The notes beneath the pieces are model-generated. The model saw only the letters and a list, made by a program, of their open reading frames with translations. It searched no databases and was not told the origin of the DNA. DNA of 62,072 nucleotides, the filler included, from a candidate division TA06 bacterium SM23_40 (GTDB lineage: Bacteria > LJUI01 > SM1-40), in assembly GCA_001303705.1 (NCBI GenBank). It is 5 parts of 5 records of this genome, joined end to end, with 100 filler letters (N's around TTAATTAATTAA, not from the genome) between each part and the next. Parts side by side here need not be neighbours in the genome. Positions count along the whole stretch, not along the records: positions 53,821 to 62,072 come from LJUI01000113.1; 4 more parts are not named here. One strand, given 5' to 3'. The position numbers and the translations under genes are program-made. Below are positions 56,825-62,072 of the stretch, piece by piece (positions within the stretch are counted from its first letter, which is position 1; the number at the start of each line of letters is the position of its first letter).

Positions 56825-58054
56825 TCACCGCGAGGAGCCCGCCGCGGCTGCGCTGAGCGAGGTAGTGGTACCTGCTGCCTTGAACCTGCCCTTGGTCCTC
56901 AGACAGATCTTGACCAGCATAAGCATCACGGGGACTTCAATGAGTACTCCTACTACCGTGGCGAGTGCAGCGCCGGAGTACAATCCGAAGAGCATAGTGG
57001 CGGTGGCGATCGCGACCTCGAAGTGATTGGACGCTCCGATCATCGCAGAAGGGGCAGCATCCTCATACGACAGCCTCAGAACCCTGGCGAGCGAGTATCC
57101 CAGAGCGAAGATGAGATTCGTCTGGATGAACAGGGGGATCGCGATCCAGAGAATGGTCAGTGGGTTCGAGAGGATTACATCACCTTTGAAGGAGAAGAGC
57201 AATACCAGAGTGACAAGCAGGGCGACAATGGTGATCGGTGTGAGAATGTGGAGGAACTTCTCCCTGAACCAGTCCTCTCCCTTGACTGAAACGATCCCCC
57301 TCCGTGTGACGTACCCTGCGGCAAGCGGCAGCGCCACGTAGATGCCGATGGAGAGGAGAAGCGCCTGCCAGGGTACAGGGAGGCGTCCCACTCCGAGGAG
57401 GAAACCACCGAGGATCCCGTAAAGTACGAGCATAGTCAGGGAATTAATGGCCACCATGACGAGCGTGTGGCCGTCGTTCCCTCTGGCGAGATACCCCCAT
57501 ACCAGGACCATGGCAGTGCACGGGGCGATGCCGAGCAGAATGCACCCGGCCAGGTACGAACGCCAGAGCGGGACCTGGAGCATCTTTACGCCTTCGATCA
57601 GAACCACCGTGCCTGCGCCGTACCTCTCTCCCAGCGGCAGATCGAGGCCGAAGGGCATCTTGACGTAGTCGATGGCATCTGCCCCGATGAAATTTCTGAA
57701 GAGGACGCCGAGGAAGAATATCGCGATCGCGTACATGGTGAACGGCTTGATGGCCCAGTTCACGAAGAGCGTCAGGCCGACCGGTTTCGCATTGCGCCCT
57801 GCCTTCAGGACCTCTGCGAAATCGATCTTCACCATGATCGGGTACATCATGAAGAAGAGGCAGATCGCGATGGGAATCGACACCACGGGTGCCTCGCCGA
57901 CATTCATAGCCAGACCGTCGAGGAACGTGGCCACACCGGGGGCCAGTTTGCCGAGCACGATACCCGCGGCTATGCAGAGGATCACCCAGGCGGAGAGGTA
58001 TGTTTCGAAGAAGGTGAGGCCTTTGGGTTGCTTTGTGATGCAGCTCTCTTTCAT
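56825..58054 (-). CDS. acr3: Acr3-family arsenite efflux transporter
   Basis: MMYPIM, NWAIKP, APCTAMV, ASNHFE and GVLIEVP. Confidence 0.95.
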   Translation of the reverse strand: MKESCITKQPKGLTFFETYLSAWVILCIAAGIVLGKLAPGVATFLDGLAMNVGEAPVVSIPIAICLFFMMYPIMVKIDFAEVLKAGRNAKPVGLTLFVNWAIKPFTMYAIAIFFLGVLFRNFIGADAIDYVKMPFGLDLPLGERYGAGTVVLIEGVKMLQVPLWRSYLAGCILLGIAPCTAMVLVWGYLARGNDGHTLVMVAINSLTMLVLYGILGGFLLGVGRLPVPWQALLLSIGIYVALPLAAGYVTRRGIVSVKGEDWFREKFLHILTPITIVALLVTLVLLFSFKGDVILSNPLTILWIAIPLFIQTNLIFALGYSLARVLRLSYEDAAPSAMIGASNHFEVAIATATMLFGLYSGAALATVVGVLIEVPVMLMLVKICLRTKGRFKAAGTTTSLSAAAAGSSR

Positions 58055-58518
58055 GGGGATCTGTCCTTCTCTACTTCCCCGTGCAGCAGTTGCGGAAGCG
58101 TTTCGATATACACCCTGATCTCGTCCCGGATGCGTCGATAGTGTTCGAGTGCCTCGTCTTCCGAAGAGGAATCGCGCGCGAGATAGGGAGGATCGTCGAA
58201 GCTCTTGTGGAGGACCCGTACCTTTGCGGGGAAAAACGGGCAGTGCTCTCTTGCATTGTCGCAGACCGTGACGACGTAGTCGAATTCGACGTCGGCGAGC
58301 TCATCGACATGCTTCGATCGCTGAGCTCTCATGTCAACTCCGACCTCAGCCATGACCTGTACAGCGCGAGGGTCGACTTCACGCGGCTCGATACCCGCGG
58401 AGTACACTTCGAAACGCTCTCCGTGGATCTCTCTCGTCCACGCCTGCGCCATTTGGCTGCGGCACGAGTTCCCGGTACACAGAAAGAGTATCTTCTGCCG
58501 ATGATCCGGCTCTGCCAT
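58051..58518 (-). CDS. arsC: Thioredoxin-type arsenate reductase (LMW-PTP fold)
   Basis: [14 protein letters not shown]...CP and DDP; ATGA overlap with acr3. Confidence 0.93.
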   Translation of the reverse strand: MAEPDHRQKILFLCTGNSCRSQMAQAWTREIHGERFEVYSAGIEPREVDPRAVQVMAEVGVDMRAQRSKHVDELADVEFDYVVTVCDNAREHCPFFPAKVRVLHKSFDDPPYLARDSSSEDEALEHYRRIRDEIRVYIETLPQLLHGEVEKDRSP

Positions 58519-59030
58519 ACGGCCTCCTGATCGGGAAGCACCGCACTCGCGGGGGAGATGCCCCGCATCTCAACGATACGCACATCGCTGCCGCGCCGTA
58601 GAACAGGAGAGTAGTATACGTCACATCAAGTGCCCCTGTCTACTCTGCCCGGGCGCGAGCAACCGGCAAGTCTTCTCCAGCTCATGATGCCATTTCCCAG
58701 ATTGACAACCATCGTGGAGCCGTGCTTGTTCCGGGGTTTTTCCTTGTCGCGCGAACGGTGCTGTGATATAGAAGAGGGGGACCGCGCAGCGTACCGTGAT
58801 ATCCCGCGCAGCCGGTGCACTCCGGGTCGTCAGGTCTGCGCGCTCAGATCGGCAGATAGCAGTTCATTCGCGTGTGAGATTCTCGGATCGGTGGCGCTGC
58901 TCGGTGATCTGCGGCCCGGAACGAGGGCCACTGGTCACCGTGGTGGTGTGTGGCGCTCGAGATGACGAGATAGACGAGAAAGGGACGAGAGCTGACGGCA
59001 ACGAGATAGAGGGTGAACGGACCGGAGAGG

Positions 59031-59711
59031 ATGATCTACCATCTCGGCGTTGAGGATATCGAGCCCGGGAAATGGCTTGCCTGGGCGTTCGAGCTGCTTG
59101 GATGCTACGCGAAGGCCGCCTCCGAAGAGGAGGCCTTCGCCGGCGCTCAGGCAGCCATCGAGGAGTACTTCTTCTGGGTGGCGCGTCACGGGCGCCCGAC
59201 GCCGCGGGCGGATCAGCCGATCGAAGGAAAAGTCGTGGAGACCTATCGCTCATTCGTGAGCGAGGGGGACTATATCGTCAATGCCTTTTTCGAGGATGAC
59301 CGTCGTCCTCTGAGCGGGGCCGAAGTCGGGGAGGGGATCTGGCTGCTCGGATGCACGCGGCGAGATCTGATGGAACTCATCAGGGACATTCCTCCGGAAC
59401 GGTTCACGGAGCCGATTCGCGACGATGTCTTCGGCTCTATCGAGAAGATCGTGGAACATGTGGCGACCGCAGAATGGTGGTACTTCGATCGCCTCGGCAT
59501 GGCGTTTCCACGTGACCAGATGCCAGAGGGGCTTGCAGGCAAGCTGGAGAAGGTGCGCGCGCAGACGGTAGCGCTGCTCCCTGCTCTCGTGGATGACAGT
59601 CGCGTTGTCGAGCGCAGGGGGGAGAAGTGGTCCGGAAGGAAGGTGTTGCGCCGGGCGCTCTGGCACGAACGTGTACACACCCGGCAGATCGAGCGCCTGT
59701 TGGACATATGA
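59031..59711 (+). CDS. HicB-like N-terminal domain fused to a DinB-like His metal-binding domain
   Basis: AWAFELLGCYAKAASEEEA; IVEHVATAEWWY; WSGRKVLRRALWHERVH. Confidence 0.65.
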   Translation: MIYHLGVEDIEPGKWLAWAFELLGCYAKAASEEEAFAGAQAAIEEYFFWVARHGRPTPRADQPIEGKVVETYRSFVSEGDYIVNAFFEDDRRPLSGAEVGEGIWLLGCTRRDLMELIRDIPPERFTEPIRDDVFGSIEKIVEHVATAEWWYFDRLGMAFPRDQMPEGLAGKLEKVRAQTVALLPALVDDSRVVERRGEKWSGRKVLRRALWHERVHTRQIERLLDI

Positions 59712-60018
59712 GCCCACGCGCCGCGGTGCTGCGTTGCGGGCGTCGGCCACAGGGACGCACCGCGAAGGGTGCGGCAATCGTCTCGAGCAGGCGCGCCGGG
59801 TCTTCCGGGAGGGGAGCGAGGTTTGTGCTGGATGCCTGCTCAGGATTGCGAGAAATGGATTGTCCGGATGGTGAGATATGGGGAAGAAAAGGACTGATTC
59901 AGGGAGCTGCGTCAGCTTGGGTCCGGACAGCTTGAGAGGAAAGCGGGCGTGGACCCGGAGCCGGGGCGGCGACATCAGTAGCTACAGCATCTCGGGGGAC
60001 GAGTCGCAAAGTAGGCGG

Positions 60019-60672
60019 ATGTTCCCCTCGGTGGCGCGGATCTGCCTTGTCGTCCTTGCACTCGCCTTGGCTCTGCCCGTACCTGTCCTGGCCCGCTCCA
60101 ATCGTCTGGGAGTCCGGACAGGGTACCACCTCTTTCCGTCGACACCCTATCTGGATCGAATCGAGGCCCTCTTCCCCGAGCGTTCGTTCAATGGATTCGC
60201 CAGAGAGCTCTTCTTCGAGTACGTGGTGGGAGAGGAGTTGGGCCTGGAGATAGCGACGGGGAGCTACCTTCCCAGGGAAGGGCATTCGACGGAGCAGACG
60301 TCGACCAATGGAGGGGTCACTCAGGTCGATGTCGACATGAACATGCGGGTCAGCTACTTCCTCGCGACGGCGAAGATATTCCTTGGGGGTGGCGGGCGGC
60401 TGCGGCCCTATATCGGCGGCGGTGTCGGCCACTACTTCGAGAAGCGGATCATGACCGTCACGGTCGGGTCATACCCGGATCAGAGGATCCAGGGGGGTGG
60501 GGCATACGGAGGCCACATGGTTGCCGGTGTAGACTATCTTCCGGGGGAGTGGTTTGGGGTCTGTGTCGAGGCGAGGGCGGCCACGGCGACCGTGGAGAAG
60601 GTGAATGAATTCGACGATGACTTCGATGTGGGAGGCATCCTGATACAGGCGGGAACTTTCTTCGCATGGTAG
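60019..60672 (+). CDS. Outer-membrane beta-barrel protein (OmpW/OmpA-like)
   Basis: Signal peptide, PYIGGGVG, alternating strands, terminal aromatic residue. Confidence 0.75.
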   Translation: MFPSVARICLVVLALALALPVPVLARSNRLGVRTGYHLFPSTPYLDRIEALFPERSFNGFARELFFEYVVGEELGLEIATGSYLPREGHSTEQTSTNGGVTQVDVDMNMRVSYFLATAKIFLGGGGRLRPYIGGGVGHYFEKRIMTVTVGSYPDQRIQGGGAYGGHMVAGVDYLPGEWFGVCVEARAATATVEKVNEFDDDFDVGGILIQAGTFFAW

Positions 60673-61086
60673 GTGTTCTCCCGCATAACAGGGAGGGCGC
60701 GCCGAGGCCACATTGCCCTAGAACTTAGGGCGGCCCCTGCGCCGGCTGAGGCTCTCAGGTGGCGGGGGGCGATTTTTCGGAAAAAAGGCTTGACAACCGG
60801 CGCCAAGATATGAGAGAATACGCGCAAGCTGTGAAAGTTGGCCTGATTGGGGTTGTCCGGAGCCCCGTGCGACCTGGTTTTGCAGGTCCGGGGCCTGCGA
60901 CGTAAAGGGGAGTTGTGTAACTGCGCTAACAATCCAGCCCGACGCGGCGAGACGCGGGTCGTGTGGGGAACGGTGAGAGGGGGTGATCGGAGCGAGGAGA
61001 TGGTCCAGACCGCGTCGTTTGCTTTTCAGATGCAGGGTTTTCGGGATCAGGAAACAAGTGTGTGGAAGAAGAGGAGATAACGAACA

Positions 61087-61602
61087 ATGAAGAGAAGCTT
61101 GATCATCGCTGCAGTGGCTGTACTTGTCATCGCCAGCATGGCGTCGGCCGACTTCCGGTCCGGCATCTATGCTAACAACTACGGGTACGGAAGCTGGGTG
61201 CAGCTCACCGGGTCCTACCAGTCCCTTATCTCAGTCACCTTCACCCTGCCGATATCCGCTAAGGTCTATGTCGAAGCCGGTGGGTATGGGTACCACAGCA
61301 GCTGCGAGAGTGAGTGGGCCCTCGGCTATGGGGCTGCTGCTGTGGAAGACCCGGCCACGCGCAGGTTCTACAGCGAGGACACGATCTCCCAGGCAATGGG
61401 GGTCCAGACCTCCAAGACCTACAGTCTGGGGGCGGGTACGCACACCTTCCACCTGATTGGCCAGGTGTACAGTACTGGCGGTAGCTGCAACACGAACTAC
61501 TACACCATCAGCGCCCACGTCTTCGAGTTCGGGTCTGTCACAAATGGCAGCCCGCCGGCGGGAGACAACGTCATTACCGGTGCGGAGGATGGTGCTCGGT
61601 AG
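61087..61602 (+). CDS. Small secreted beta-rich protein of unknown function
   Basis: AGGAG RBS; signal peptide ending ASA; S/T/G/Y-rich; two Cys. Confidence 0.8.
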   Translation: MKRSLIIAAVAVLVIASMASADFRSGIYANNYGYGSWVQLTGSYQSLISVTFTLPISAKVYVEAGGYGYHSSCESEWALGYGAAAVEDPATRRFYSEDTISQAMGVQTSKTYSLGAGTHTFHLIGQVYSTGGSCNTNYYTISAHVFEFGSVTNGSPPAGDNVITGAEDGAR

Positions 61603-61648
61603 TTTCGTAGCGGTGTAGCGGTCCATAGCAATCAAAGCTGAGGATCTA

Positions 61649-61690
61649 TGAGGGGATTGGCGATCTTGTCAATCCCCTCGTTCTATTCTT
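61649..61690 (+). terminator. Rho-independent terminator
   Basis: GAGGGGATTGGC...GTCAATCCCCTC followed by GTTCTATTCTT. Confidence 0.6.
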
Positions 61691-62072
61691 CCTCGACCCG
61701 GACTGTCTGAGGACTTGCCTACGGTCGGGAGGCTGGGGGCGATAAGAGGAGTGTTGGGGCACTTTTAGCAAGGGGGCCACGATAGACGATACGGTCCTTG
61801 CTTCTAAGGAGGAGTTCACCGGGGACGTTGGGCCCTCGTTTCGTCCGGAGAAGGTCCGTGCGCACGGGTCTTCCCACAAGTTCACTGGTCCCCTGATCAG
61901 TCTAGATTCGCCCGGGGACCCGCCTCGGGGGCAGCTCTCTCGTGGCATGTTGTCCCCGAATAAATGGTTGACGGAAGTCGCAGAATATGAGAGGATAGTG
62001 CGCCTGAGAGCGCAGGGGGCAGCCCGGTTCTGTATGTTCCGGGCTATTTGTATCCGATGCCATGGATACGGG

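Overview
This window is five genome fragments (1-28212, 28313-36789, 36890-45341, 45442-53720, 53821-62072) joined by artificial N...TTAATTAATTAA...N spacers, so adjacency across a spacer means nothing. The DNA is GC-rich and the gene content suggests a diderm anaerobe that digests extracellular peptides, probably a MAG from a candidate phylum (inferred from gene content only). Fragment 1 carries secreted proteins (three parallel beta-helix proteins, an S8 protease, an Asp-box protein, two M14 carboxypeptidases), a sensor kinase / sigma54 activator / HD-GYP regulator locus, Trk/Ktr K+ uptake genes, a membrane HD-GYP protein and a GAF-sigma54 activator. Fragment 2 carries an RND efflux system and outer-membrane proteins. 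Fragment 3 is an amino-acid catabolic operon: P5C dehydrogenase, an arginine-synthetase-like ATPase, carbamate kinase, sucCD, a four-subunit 2-oxoacid:ferredoxin oxidoreductase and a selenocysteine HdrA/HdrL. Fragments 4 and 5 carry an ALDH, lipoproteins, repeat arrays, a DnaE C-terminus, a pentaheme cytochrome, arsC-acr3 and envelope genes. Most notable observations: (1) a secreted beta-helix gene with an in-frame UGA in a UxxC loop followed by a SECIS-like hairpin, a candidate new extracellular selenoprotein; (2) a ~105-aa C-terminal domain shared by five secreted proteins, a candidate sorting or anchoring signal; (3) an unannotated 35-aa hydrophobic peptide gene just upstream of a membrane-sensor HD-GYP protein, a candidate peptide-to-c-di-GMP signalling pair; (4) two copies of a ~100-bp IS1202-like MITE with 17-bp target duplications; (5) GATC-rich 17/18-bp minisatellites on both sides of one lipoprotein gene.
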